Source of the DNA: Octopus sinensis
Taxonomy: Eukaryota
Direction of reading: 5' to 3'
NCBI RefSeq assembly: GCF_006345805.1
Contig: NC_043010.1
Coordinates: forward strand, 61,008,001 to 61,072,000
Length of the DNA stretch: 64,000 nt
Shown piece after piece: positions 1 through 12,814 of this stretch. A program made the position numbers and the translations under genes. Below the pieces are notes generated by a model. That model made no database searches, was not told the origin of the DNA, and was given only the letters and a program-made list of their open reading frames with translations. The number at the start of each line of letters is the position of its first letter. Position 1 is the stretch's first letter.

Positions 1-269
1 AGTCAAATGACTGAAACAAGTAAGAGAATATATATGTATGTATGTATATATAAGTACAGTGTCAATCCGTTGTATGCGTTGTGGATAAATATACAGAGTC
101 ATGGATGTGTGTGTTTTTCAGCAGTGTGAAATATCAATGAAGCCAGTCCACAGGTTCTTCACCCACAGCTGACAAAAAGAGGACCCCCATGGGGCCTAAT
201 TTCACAGCGGGATGAAATATATAGAATTATTCAGATTTTAGTCAATGCTGCATGATGTCATGTAGAGAT

Positions 270-470
270 ATGTACACCTGGTCCTTATACACACTGTATG
301 ATGCAACACAGACAGATATATATAAACACCTGCTCTCTATATACTGTATGAGTAAAAATACATCCATATATTTACACTAGTCTCAATATACTATTTTATG
401 TAATATAGGCATATATATACATACATATATATATACATACCTGATCTTTGTACTGTATATAAGTGTGGAC
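270..470. repeat. Degenerate ~50-bp tandem repeat
   Basis: About four recurring TA(C/A)ACCTG.TC...TA(C/T)ACTGTAT units separated by TA-rich spacers. Confidence 0.45.
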
Positions 471-755
471 AGTAATAAGAAGTCAGCTGTATTAGGTTCA
501 ATCCCTGTGTAAGGATCCCATCAGTGACTGTGTGCCCCCTTTTTAACAGTCTCCGTTAGAACTACGAATAAACCCAGTCTTATTAGGGGCTTCAGTATAT
601 TGGAGAGATCTAATTTGCATATAATACTTCATCAACAGCTCCACTGATTAATGAATCATCAGTGAATTAACAGGGCTTTTGTTTCATTAGAATACTATAC
701 TAGATAACAATCATTTCTATGTATATGTGTATGTGTGTGTATGTATGTATGTGAT

Positions 756-1056
756 GGTGCGTGGCTAAGTGGTTAGGGCATTCGGCTCATGATCGTAAGT
801 TCATGAGTTCGATTCCCGGTGACGTGTTGTGTCCTTGGGCAAGGCACTTTATTTCACGTTGCTCAAGTCCATTCACCTGACAAAAATGAGTTGCTCCTAT
901 ATTTCAAAGGGTCGGCCTTGTCACACTTTGAGAACTACATTAAGGGTACACGTGTCTGTGGAATGCTCAGCCACTTGCACATTAATTTCATGAGCAGGCT
1001 GTTCCGTTGATCATATCAGCTGGGACCCTCGTCGTCGTAAACCGACGGAGTGCTCC
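756..1056 (+). mobile_element. tRNA-headed SINE with CORE-like central domain (family C)
   Basis: A box TGGCTAAGTGG, B box GAGTTCGATTCC, then TGTGTCCTTGGGCAAGGCACTTTATTTCAC. Related copies at ~33520-34060(-), 36639-36880(+), 48225-48586(-), 53171-53497(-) and 54299-54670(+). Confidence 0.85.
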
Positions 1057-1119
1057 TTTTTCCTTTATTTTTTTATGTATGTACGTACGTATGTAGTAAA
1101 CATGAATTAAACTTACAAA

Positions 1120-1171
1120 AGCTGATGACACACAGCATTTGTTGAGTTGCTACACAGAAACTCAGAGTCCT
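1120..1171 (+). ncRNA. Decayed type I hammerhead-ribozyme-like motif
   Basis: CTGATGA(1122-1128), then AGCA/TGCT stem II remnant, then GAAAC-TC-A-GA-GTC(1157-1169). Stem I is poorly paired. Confidence 0.45.
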
Positions 1172-1302
1172 GAATCTAAGTGTTCCACACATGTGTCATT
1201 TTATGTGTGTGTGCAGAAAGAGAGGGAGAGAGAGAAGCAATAAATAAAAACAAAGATGGGCCCAATGCAGGGGTCTCTTGCAATATTTGTGTATGTGATT
1301 GA

Positions 1303-1495
1303 ATATATTTTTATTAGGGAACAGCAGAGGTTACGGAATGCCTCAAAGGCTGAGGGTTTCACGTAACAGAACTTACCAAACTGGTATCAAATTAATTCCA
1401 ATAATGTGAAACCAGTTTGCTCAGTTCCAGTGCACGAAACTCTAAGCCTTTGAGTCACACTGTAACATCTGCAGATTAATAAAATAAATATATAT
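1303..1495. repeat. Fold-back palindrome containing a hammerhead 3' half
   Basis: 1324-1389 is an imperfect reverse complement of 1407-1472. The right arm has GAAACTC-taagccttt-GAGTC and the element ends in (TA)n. Confidence 0.75.
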
Positions 1496-1822
1496 ATATA
1501 CTCATGTGTTTGAGTTCTATTTATTCTATTTTCCTGTTTATAGTATCAATAAATATGTATATGATATATATATATATATATATATATACATACATATATA
1601 TGAAATACATAGGTATATACACACACACATATCATTGTATGATATATACATACATATATATATGTGTGTTTATATATATATATATATATATACACATATA
1701 TCATTATATATGATATATATACATATCAGGTATATATATATATATACAATATATGCATGCATATGTTTGTATATGTGTGCATATTTGTACATAAATTCAA
1801 TATGTACATATGCATACATACT

Positions 1823-1885
<63 letters not shown>

Positions 1886-2599
1886 GCATCAATATAGAAC
1901 CAATATATATATATAGAGAGAGAGATTTATATATCTTTATTTATATGGAAATAGTAATTCAGGTAAACTTTTAACTGTATCCATCTATACATGTGTATGT
2001 ATAAGTATATACAGGGTGTATTGTTGTGCCTGTACACATCCATGAGTATGTGTGTGTGTGTGTGTGCAGTGGTGCTATTATTTGCTGACTTCTGGCAAAC
2101 CCTATATCTTGTAGATCACTTCACCAAACCACATATGCCCACCCCCACATTATAATGTCAGCATTAGCTAAATCCATGGTACACCAATAATAATGATGAT
2201 GATGACAACAAAGATGATGATGATGATGATGATGATAGTGCTGGTGTCTGACTACTACAGACATTGTCATTGATAATGATGATGATGGTGATGGTGATGG
2301 CAATAATGTTTTGCTTTGACCGATGGCTTCTCTGTCAATTGATCCTATGTCCTGTAGAAAGAATATGCTGCTATACAACACAGCAGGGTACATCATATAA
2401 ACAGACTACATGGTTGACAAATGTTGTTGTTCTTGTTATATTATCATTGAGAGAGCAGTGTTAAGAGTGGAGCTGAGCTGGGCTGGGCTGGTCTTGCATG
2501 GGGGGAGGATATCATCGTTTTTATTTACCTTATTTTCCCATTTTTATTTTCACTTTTAAATCCCAAAACAAATAAATACAATGTGTTTGTATACGACAT

Positions 2600-2634
<35 letters not shown>

Positions 2635-2892
2635 CTCCTCCATGAGTATGGTGAGCTAGGTCAAGCGTGTGTGTCCATACAGACAAATATTACAGTATCG
2701 TTTGAGCAGATAACAAAACTCAGTCAATGTGAAAGGTCATTTTCCATTGATATAGTTAACTCACTATAATACACATACACAACTATACCTACCACATACA
2801 GTACAGAACCATGCTATGAACACACCTATATGTATGTATGTATACACACAAACATATATATATGTATATACATACATATATGTGTGTATATA

Positions 2893-3012
2893 TATTGATC
2901 TAAAACATGAATATTATTGACAGTGCCTTTGAAGTTTCGACCAGTTAGGCCATCATTGGATGGGCCAAAACTTCAAAGTCACTGGCAATAATATCCATGT
3001 TTAAGAATAATA
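2893..3012. repeat. Fold-back palindrome of a hammerhead-bearing element
   Basis: AAACATGAATATTATTGACAGTGCCTTTGAAGTTTCG pairs with CAAAACTTCAAAGTCACTGGCAATAATATCCATGTTT. Homologous to 23430-23539 and 48688-48734. Confidence 0.8.
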
Positions 3013-3267
3013 AATTTTTACTTTTAGGAGTAATCCATCAGATAAATGGAAACTTGTTTTTATTATAACAGAACACAAAACAAACAACACACACACATTC
3101 ATATACATATATATATATTATATATTTATGTGATGTTTAATGAATATAAACTATGTTATTATATATACACCTATAATTCTAAGGAAATTAATTCCTCCAA
3201 AATACTAGGTATTGAACCAGTATTTCCTTGGATGAAACCATCCCTTCACAAGGTCAACACAACCTCT

Positions 3268-3311
<44 letters not shown>

Positions 3312-4411
3312 TCTTCTTTTTAAACTGATAAGCCTACCCTCATCTATACTATGGCTGAGACTGTCTTCAAATCTCTAATCAGCACTGTGTGTGTATATAT
3401 ATGTGTATGCGTCCAACGCCTGTACTCACTCCCACTTCACATGACCAGTAGGGGGTCACCCTAATCAGAAACCCCACATCTATATTTCAATCATATTCAC
3501 TGGGTTTAAGATGTAGAACATAGAAATTTCTATTTTGTAAGTTTGCTTCTCACATGTTAGGGATTCTTGAAATCCCTACAGAATTTATTGCACCACTAAC
3601 TCTGTGTGTGTGTGTGTGTGTGTGATTGTCAAGGGATATTAATTTGGTCTTCAGAGCCTGACCCTTACTGTATATATGTATCACAACTTCCCAATGAACA
3701 GGAACATGAAACTCTGAGTAGCAGTTTTTTTGTGATGGTTTTGCAGCTTTAATAAAAAAAAACATGCTGCTCTACCTTTGGTATTTGAGTACTATTCTTT
3801 CCCCACCTTGTTTCACAATTATGTGTTTACTCATGTGTGTGTGTGTGGTGTGTGTGTGTGTGTGTGCGTGTGTATGTAACAACTGCTGCTATTACTTTAC
3901 ATAACCCCTAAATGATCCCTTAGAAATATCTGGTTTGTCTCAGATAAAAATAAAGCCAGTGATAGAAAGGGATTTTTTTTTAGTCAGAAAGGCAGTGATG
4001 TGGCCCTTAGAACTTCTTGTGGCTAGTATGAGGAAAGAGGTTAAAGGTCAAATGAGGAGGGGAGGAATTGAGAAGTTGTGGCAAGGATGCCTCTCTTCAA
4101 AACATCCAGGAAATGGTGCAATTCATAAAAGGTTCCCAGATTTCATTTACTATTTATCTTACACACACAAATATGCCCTATGATAATCCTTTCCACTATA
4201 GGGCACAAGGCCTGAAATTTTGGGGGAGGATGATAGTTGATTACATAGGCCCCCCCCCCCAATATTCAACCGGTACATATTTTATTGACCCCAAAATGAT
4301 GAAAGGCAAAAGTTGGCCTCAGCGGAATTTGAACTCAGAATGTAAAGCTGGAAGCAACACTGCTAAGCATTATGTCCAGCATGCTGCCTTAATATGCTCT
4401 TAACATACTTT

Positions 4412-4444
<33 letters not shown>

Positions 4445-4909
4445 ATAGTTTCTAACTTTGGCACAAACCCATACAATGTTCTAGGGGTAGAGGAAAGCCC
4501 TAAATTATTAAACTGACCTCATTGTATGACTGGTACTTACATATTTTATCCCTCCCCTCTCCCCCCTCCCCCACATACTTGGAAGGAGGAGAATTAAAGT
4601 TCAGTTTCTCAACCTCCATGCAATTTGAATTCAGAAAATAAAAGGATGGAGGTAAATACCACAAGGTGTTTTATCTGATGCTCTACTGATTCTATCATTG
4701 ACCAATAGCACTAATAATATAACAATAAGGATACTAATATTGATCCCATAATCATAAGCTCAAGAGGAGGGCAGGGAATATAGTGAACCCCTAAGTTGTA
4801 CTAGGAGCTGTTTGATCAACCCCTGGAGGATTGAAAGGCAAACCAGAAGGTAGAAGGATGAAATGGCATTTATGTCAAGGTTTTATTGATTCATGTATTA
4901 AGGTTAACC

Positions 4910-4945
<36 letters not shown>

Positions 4946-5739
4946 TTCTAACATCGACACAAGGCCACAGATTTATAGGGGTGATTATAGTCAATTACAT
5001 GGACCACAGCAACTGACAGGAATTTATTTTAAGGACCCCAGAAGTATGAAATGGAAAACTGATCCCTAATATGATTTGAACCCAGATCATAAGAGACTGA
5101 AACTAAAATAGTTTAATGTAATTAAACTAGATACTGGATCATTTCTGGCAAATATTAAATGGTGGTGGTCATGATGATGATGATGATATCAGACTGACTT
5201 GCTAAGCATAAAGTTTTGGATTTATGAGAGAAGGAAAAGGAGTCCTTAAAGCACAATGCCCTGTATTTCTAAAGGAGAAGAGGTTTAGGTTATATGAAGG
5301 TTATGCCTCCCTTGAGGGTGTTAGCAAATACAATTGAAGTGGTTACAACAGCCAGTGGATTCAGATCACTGAGATAGTACCTCTTGTATGGTGCTTACCA
5401 TACTAAACAGGTGGAACTAATAAGAACTGACAAAAATAATATAAAATCTTTTAGATTGGATTTTCAATTAATAATCCCATTTTCGTCTCAGATGTTTTAG
5501 AGGAATATTAATTTGACCTTGATACTTAACTCATTGAACCTGGAAGCACAAAGCTAACTTCACCATGATTTGAACTAAAAATATACAGAACGGTACCTAA
5601 GTAACAGATATTTTGTGCAAAGCCCTAAAGAGTCTGCCAAATCAACCGGTCACTACTGCAATATTGAGGGATTTTAGTACTTGTAGATCTTAGTCTAGGA
5701 CCATAACTGTGGAGGAGTATAGCCCAGGGAAGAACATCA

Positions 5740-6060
5740 ACTGGCAACACAGATCCATGGAAAGATCCATGCAAGGAATATCATTGCAAAAGCATATCCA
5801 CAACAAGAGAATTCAAGAGCAAAGCAGAGCAGAGTGAGAAATGTGATCAGAGAACACCAAAAGCCTAAGTTCTATTGGACTGGACATGTCACAAGATTCA
5901 CAGACACCAGGTGGAGCCATGCAGTTGCTGAATGGTATCCAAAAAATTAGAAAAGGCCACTCAGAAGGCATCCACAATGATGGGAAGACAATTTAGTTAA
6001 ACAAGTTAGGCCAAGATGGGAAACAAGGGTGAAATCAAGACAGAATTATAAGCACATTGT
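5740..6060 (+). mobile_element. RTE-clade LINE, decayed ORF C-terminus
   Basis: Translates (with frameshifts and stops) to ..SMERSMQGISLQKHIHN..KFYWTGHVTRFTDTRWSHAVAEWYP..KRP..WED, matching the RTE W-GHV-R..D-RW..EW-P pattern. Confidence 0.7.
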
Positions 6061-6550
6061 GGCCCATGGTGTATAACAATATCCAATAGTCTAGTCAATA
6101 CAACTCTGTGTGTGTGTGTGTATTGCTATTTATACTATAAAGTATTGTTGATCCATTTCAACAGATTTTACCAATTAGTCTCACACACAAGAAATGCTAA
6201 GATTGGGTTTCCTAAAACTCTTGTGTATGAAATGAATTGTTAAAACCAGCAGAAATGGCTCTAAAATACTGTAACTGTATGAATATTTATATACCCACTC
6301 TAGTGACCAATATACTAGTGCTTGTTTTTTTGTGTATATATACATGCACACACACACAAGTATATACATATAAAAGACTAGATTAACTGGGGAATGCAAC
6401 CATGAATTTACAAGGATCAACTGGTGATGGGCTTTAAGTTTGGACCCTGCTTTAGAATTAGCTGGAATTCAATACCAACCTGAAAACCTTTTACTAGCCT
6501 TGTGCATTAACAAAGAGCTTGAGAAGTATTTTGCCCAGATTGATAATCCC

Positions 6551-6741
6551 AAAATTTTGGGGGAGGGGGCCAGTTAATTAGATAGACCCCAGTATGCAAC
6601 TGGTGCTTAATTTATCGACCCTGAAAGGATGAAAAGCAAAGTCGACCTCGGGAGAATTTGAACTCAGAACGTAAAGACAGATGAAATACCGCTAAGCATT
6701 TCGCCCAGCGTGCTAACGATTCTGCCAGCTCACCACCTTAG
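6551..6741 (-). mobile_element. tRNA-headed SINE with Meta-like domain (family M), with TSD
   Basis: Sense strand reads GGTGAGCTGGCAGAATCGTTAGC..GAGTTCAAATT..CTTTTCATCCTTTCAGGGTCGATAAATTAAG. Flanked by the direct repeat TGATAATCCC (6541-6550, 6742-6751). Confidence 0.85.
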
Positions 6742-8363
6742 TGATAATCCCCTATTAATAACTTTCTCTGTGTGTGTGTGTTTGTACTAATACAGAATTA
6801 ATTCCTGTGGTGCATTAAAAGCCGCGTAATTCTCCATCCTGCACCAAATTGTTATATTTAAGCTATTTAATTCCATTTAGTTGATTGGTTGATGCCTCTC
6901 ACTTGCAATGGCATCTTCATATTTTGACAATAACAAACTGCAATTAAGGTGGCAAATCCAAAGACACAGTCTTCAGCAATGCAATACAGCACAAAGTATT
7001 TAGTGTTGGACACCACTGTTTTTGAAACTTCATTAGCAGTACTAATTATGATAATTAAAAAAAGACACACCATGAATAGAGTTGTGTGTGTGTGTGTGCG
7101 AGCATAGGGATGAGTTAAGAAATCAATGTTTGATGATTGGCAGGGTGAGTTATGATGGTCCTGTGGGTAAACTACTGATCTTCTAACTCAGAGGTTGTGA
7201 GTTCCTTCCCATTACCAACATAATTAGCTTTTTGTTTGTTTTTTTACTCTGGGTAGCACAGTTAACTCTTAGACAGAACTTAGTCAGTGAGAAGAAGTTA
7301 ACATGTGGAAGACTAGCAACCTATCCCAGAAGACAGATCTGTTTTACATTCCCTCCATACTGTAGACAAGAAATATTTAACCGCAACACTCAAGTGTCCC
7401 CTAGCAGGGTTTGGGTGAGAGAGTTTACATCAAGGACATTAGGACACCTCACAGAAGGGGGGGGAGTGTCAGTGTGTGAAGAAATGAAGGACCCTAATCC
7501 AATCAGATCCACGTCTGTCCCACCCACCAATGATAACCCCACACATTGTTCCCCACTAACTATTTGCTAAGTGACTGACAAGAACAGAATGAAGGGTCCA
7601 CATCTACCCTATCCTCCCAGCTGATTTATGTTACTCAGAGGAGCAAGTGACAATTGCAACCAGTCAAAACTGGTTCACTCCCTACTGATGATAGATGCCA
7701 ATGGTGATGATACTGATGGTGATGATGATGATGGCAGGGGAAAATTTGTTGTTTTTTTAATGTTAATATTTTTTTAATTTACAAATAAATTATAACTTTT
7801 GCTTGAAATAATTTTCAAAAATGCTTCCATTTTTTTTTGTAAGTATATTTTTTTATATTTTATTTCATTTCTTCCCCACCCAGGGAGGTAGGCAAAGTGG
7901 GGTATGTTAAGGGTGGTGTTTAACCAATGAGGATATACCAGGATGTTAACAAGAAATATTTAATTAATTAGGATTGTCCACATCATTCCTATTTACAGCT
8001 AAACGGATTTTCTATAGGACCGAAGGGGCCTAAAGTGAAACTAAACTACAAAACAACCGGGTCACTAGTTTGTCAAATGTTGACCTTTGACAGAATTTTA
8101 CAGAACTAATTCAGAAGAATCGAGTGAAAAACTCTCTAAGAAAAATTGATGGAAGAATGAGTGAAAGATAAACTTGTTTTTAGAAACAGTTTTGGGTCAG
8201 AAGAGACATCAATTCCATTTGTTATTATTTCGTAATAACCATTCAGACCCACCGAGAGACTAATGTTTGCGGTGAGTAACATGCAATAATAAAACTGCCC
8301 CTGACCCAGGGGGTTGCTTCCCTGTAGAAGCCATAAACTTCTCACACGACTACCAATTAACCA

Positions 8364-10012
8364 TTAATATATAGTCTGCCATAAAATGGTATTTAATGGG
8401 GTGTACTCTTTAACATTTTTACATGAATTAGCAGCAGTTGTAGCCCCAGCCCCTAAACCAGCCCCTAAAGTAGAACCGACAGCTCCACTCGTACTGCTTT
8501 TTCTTAGTTGCTTATGTGTTCGTCTGTGTCGTTGTAGTTTGCCCGTCTGGGAGAAAGCTTTACCACACACCTCACAATGGAACGGTTTCTCTCCAGTGTG
8601 AGTCCGTCGGTGGATTTGTAACGTGTCCCGGCGGGCAAACCTCTGGATACACAGATCACACGGGTATGGTTTTAGCCCTGTGTGGGTTCGTTGGTGTAGC
8701 TGGAGGCGGTCCCGCTGGGCAAATCGGCGCATGCAAACTCCACACTCGTATGGTTTCTCACCAGAATGTACCCTGTGGTGGATCTGTAGCTTATCCTTGC
8801 GGGAAAATTGCCGAGGACAAAGGGAACAACAAAACGGTTTTTCCCCAGAATGAGTTCTTTGGTGCATCTGCAGTTTATCTCTTCGTGCAAACTTCTTTGG
8901 ACAAACGCTGCATTGAAACGGTTTCTCCCCTGTATGGGTTCGGGTATGAATTTGCAGGTGGTCTTTACGAGCAAATTGCTTCGGACAAAGTTGACACTGG
9001 AAAGGTTTCTCTCCGGAATGAGTGAGTTTATGGGTTTGAAGAGTATTTCGTTGGGCGAAACATTTGGAACATATATCACAAGAATATGGCTTCTCCCCCG
9101 TATGTGTCCTGCGATGCATTCGTAGCTTGTCCCTCTGCGCAAACTGTTTACAGCAGAAATCACAAGGAAATGGTTTCTCGCCGGTGTGAGAACGCCTGTG
9201 GATTTGCAGTTTGTCGTTTCTGGCAAACTTTTTTTGGCAAAACTCACAGGTGAACGGTTTCTCACCTGAGTGAATACGTTGGTGGATTTTCAAGTTGTCA
9301 CGTCGAGCAAACTGCTTGGAACAAGTGTCACAGTGGAATGGTTTCTCTCCTGTGTGGGATCTCTTGTGAATCTGAAGAGTGTGTCTCTGAGCAAACTGCT
9401 TCGGACAATCTGTACAATGGAAAGGCTTCACGCATTTTACATTCTTCTCCTCGCTGTTGTTGTTGTTGTTGTTGTTGTTGATGCTGATGCTTTTATTGAT
9501 GTCATTGTTGCTGTTGGTACTATTGTTGCTGCTGTTGTTGTTGTTGTTGCTGATTTTGCTGCTGTTGTTACTGCTGCCGGTGCTGCTGCTGTTATTGTTA
9601 TTATTATTATTATTGTTATTATTGATATTGTTGCTGTTGCTGCTGTTGGTGGTGGGGGTGCTGCTGCAGGCGGGAGGTGTAGGGGTAGGAGTGGGGGTGA
9701 TACAGTTTGGGGTGGCATTGTTCGCTCTGCAGCTACTACCGCCACCACCACCACCTCCTCCACCACCACAGCAACTGTTATTGCTGTTGGTGCTATTATG
9801 AACGTGATGATGATGATGATAGCTAATACTATGATTACCGTGGGGATGGTGATGGTGGTGGTGGTGGTGGTGGAGGTGGTTGGGAGGAAGCAGTGTCTTG
9901 GGGGAGGGGCTGTGGCTCACAAACGGTTTGGCAGCTTCTGGTTGTTGTTGTTGTTGTTGTTGTTGTTGAGGTTGTGTTTGTTGTTGCTGTTGTTGTTGTT
10001 GTTGCCGTTGCT

Positions 10013-10043
<31 letters not shown>

Positions 10044-10547
10044 TTGTTGCTGCTGCTGCTGCTGCTGCTGACAAGCTGATTCGGTGGAACTGCTCCTTGG
10101 CGACAGCAGAGACGGTTTTTCAATGGAGAGCGGTTCCAGGACCTGACCGTGATGACTCTGGTTTGAAATGTGCTGGTCGTGGGCCTGCCTCAGGACTGAC
10201 CCTTGGAGGGGACTCTGGGGAGGATGCGGCGTGGTCATGTGAACGGGACTCTGTTGACAACGCTGGTCGTTCAAAGACAGGGAAGCGGCAGCCGCTTGCA
10301 GATAACAGTTCTGGGATGCATATTGCTTGGCGTAGATGTTGCTGCATGGCACAATCATTGGTCGGTCATGCGAGACGGCAGCCTGGAAATAGCAGCTCTG
10401 TGCAAACTGCTTGCTGCACATGTCCATAGAGAATTGCTTTTCAGCTGCATGTGACATCCGGCCGTGCGTGGGCAGAGCGTAATGAGGCTGGAACTGTTGG
10501 CTGGGGACATTGCAATGGATCGTCTTCTCACTCATGTATCCGTCCAT
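8364..10547 (-). CDS. C2H2 (Kruppel-type) zinc-finger protein, 11 tandem fingers, 727 aa, N-terminal polyQ/polyH/polyG/polyN region
   Basis: Uninterrupted ORF with 11 repeats of CxxC-x12-HxxxH joined by T/SGEKPF/Y linkers (approx. 8514-9429). The track starts at a TTG (10553); the first ATG is at 10547 in an AAAATGG context. Confidence 0.95.
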
Positions 10548-11677
10548 TTTCAAGCTTTAACCTGGTTTTAATTAAACCATACAAGAAATTTTGCACTCTG
10601 GTCTTGTGGTCAATATCGGCTCGATATGTAAAAGATTAATTGGTTTGAAGGGGATAAACTGCGTGTAATAAATTAAATGATTGTATAGATCCAGTGGGTG
10701 TAGAGATTAATCAGGAAAATATTACATGTGAGATATCGTACCTGCTGTTATAGCAACAGAGCTCACAGTGACTGTCATGGTTGGACACTGATAAAATGAG
10801 GTTTGATTCAAGATTAATCACAAGCGTGTATGTGTATGTCTGTGCATATACATATACAAGTTAAGTTATTCAATGAATGTGTGTATATGTATACATGTGG
10901 GTGTGTGTGCTTTATGTAGTTTAATATATATTTATGTTCATATACATGTAATATATATATTGTGTCACTTAATATAGATATATATACATATAGATGTATG
11001 CTGAATGTCTGAATTAAAGATGCAAGCTATCTGAGTTTTTTTGAAAATTGATGTTTTAACAGAGATGGTTCACTATTTTCTTCCAAAGACAGTGTGTGTG
11101 TGTGTATATGTGAGTGTGTTTGGTGAAAGTCTCTCAGCACTTTTTTTTTATTCAATATTCTTCAGGCAGAGACTTTCTTTGCTCCTTTTGCAGCCTGATT
11201 TTACAACTGGAAGATTTCGCTGATCCCACATTAATTAATCCATCAATCATGTAAGAGTAATTAATAAATTTGATGGGTTTTTCTTTGCACATCACAATCA
11301 CGAGTCTGGCAATATTTTATTGTTGTCTTCCACCAGTAAATATCTTGAAATCAAATTGCTAATTTCAGAAATCAAATAATTACTTAAAAAAAAAAAATGA
11401 ATAAATGTAACGAAGAATAGAGACTATGTAAAGTCAATGATGGTGCTTGATAATAATAAACACGGAGGTTGTAGAACAGTTGATGGGCGCATAGTGACCA
11501 TATTTTATCGAATATAATTACTTCGGTGTCTCTCAAACACATCAGATATGGAGTCCATCTTGCGAATGTCTTTGTCTGCAAAATAAAAGGTGGGAAATAA
11601 GCATTATATATAGATAAATGTTATATAATAACATATAGATAAATGTTATATAATACGCATGGCATATAAATAAACAT

Positions 11678-12042
11678 CATCATCATCGTTTAACGTCTGT
11701 TTTCCATGCTAGCATGGGTTGGATGGTTTGACTGGGGTCTGGGAAGCCAGGAGGCTGCACCAGGCTCCAGTCTGATTTGGCAGTGTTTCTACAGCTGGAT
11801 GCCCTTCCTAATGCCAATCACTCCGTGAGTGTAGCGGGTGCTTTTTATGTGGCACCAGCACAGGGGCCAGAGGAGGCTGGCAAACGGCCATGATCGGTTG
11901 GTGCTTTTTATGCGTCACTGACACAGATGTTAGTAAGGCGGCGCTGGCATCAGCCATGTTCGGATGGTGTTTTTACGTGCCACTGGCACGGGTATCTTAA
12001 CTACAATTTCCATTTGATTTTTATTTTGATGTTGGTGTTGAC
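11678..12042 (-). mobile_element. 5'-truncated RTE 3' end with (TGA)n tail and TSD
   Basis: Matches the 3' UTR of the RTE at 29395-30548. Flanked by the direct repeat AAATAAACAT (11668-11677, 12043-12052). Confidence 0.85.
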
Positions 12043-12169
12043 AAATAAACATTATGTTAGTTAGTTAGTTAATTTTTTGGCTCAAAAAGCAAAAAGCAAG
12101 GCCATGTAGGGGGACATGGAGTTATGTACAGGGTGGTGTTCATGTAAAGAGTTCAAGCCACTTGAAATA

Positions 12170-12757
12170 TTCTTTTCTACTCTAGGCACAAGGCCTGAAA
12201 TTTTTGGGAAGGTGGCCAGTCATTTAGATCAACCCCAGTACGCAACTGGTACTTAATTTATCGACCCTGAAAGGATGAAAGGCAAAGTTGACCTTGGTGG
12301 AATTTGAACTCAGAACGTAAAGACAGGTGAAATACTGCTAAGCATTTCGCCCAGCGTGCTAATGATTCTGCCAGCTCACTGCCTTCACATGTACCATTGA
12401 TAAACGTATAACAATGAACACTGTCTATTAATAAACATTACATATTAATAAATATCATATGCAAATAAGAATTACATGTAAATATACATTGTATATAAAT
12501 AAATATAGGAATAAACATGTATGTAAATAAGCATCATACATTGATTTCACATTTTGGCACAAGGCCAGCAAGTTTTGGAGGAGGGGATAAGGCAGTTACA
12601 TTGACCCCAGTACATGACTGGTACTTATTTTATTGATCCCGAAAGGATGAAAGGTGAAGTAGACTTTGGTAGAATTTGAATGCAGAATGTAAAGATGCAT
12701 GAAACACCAGTGGACATTTCCCCTGGGGTGCCAGCAGCCCTGCCAGATCAATGCCTT
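12170..12757 (-). mobile_element. Two family-M SINE copies (~12170-12385, ~12545-12757)
   Basis: Same GAAAGGATGAAAGG..GAATTTGAA..CAGAA..TGCCAG body as 6551-6741. Confidence 0.8.
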
Positions 12758-12814
12758 GAATAAACATTTTGTGTATTTTTTATATTACTTCTTCTATTAG
12801 GAAATGAGACATGA

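Noticed and set aside
756-830. tRNA gene
   Set aside because: A and B boxes are present, but no complete cloverleaf is evident and the sequence continues into a multi-copy SINE body.
1504-1916. IY/YI, CV/HT and MDGW-rich ORFs here and throughout (e.g. 19787-22420, 40050-40736, 52711-53171, 59559-60005)
   Set aside because: They are translations of stop-free microsatellites.
8386-10454. Overlapping ORFs antisense or out of frame to the ZNF gene
   Set aside because: These are shadows of the finger repeats and triplet tracts (polyL/V/T/A), with no independent protein signal.
10548-10553. TTG start used by the ORF track
   Set aside because: In a eukaryotic gene the in-frame ATG two codons downstream, in good context, is preferred.
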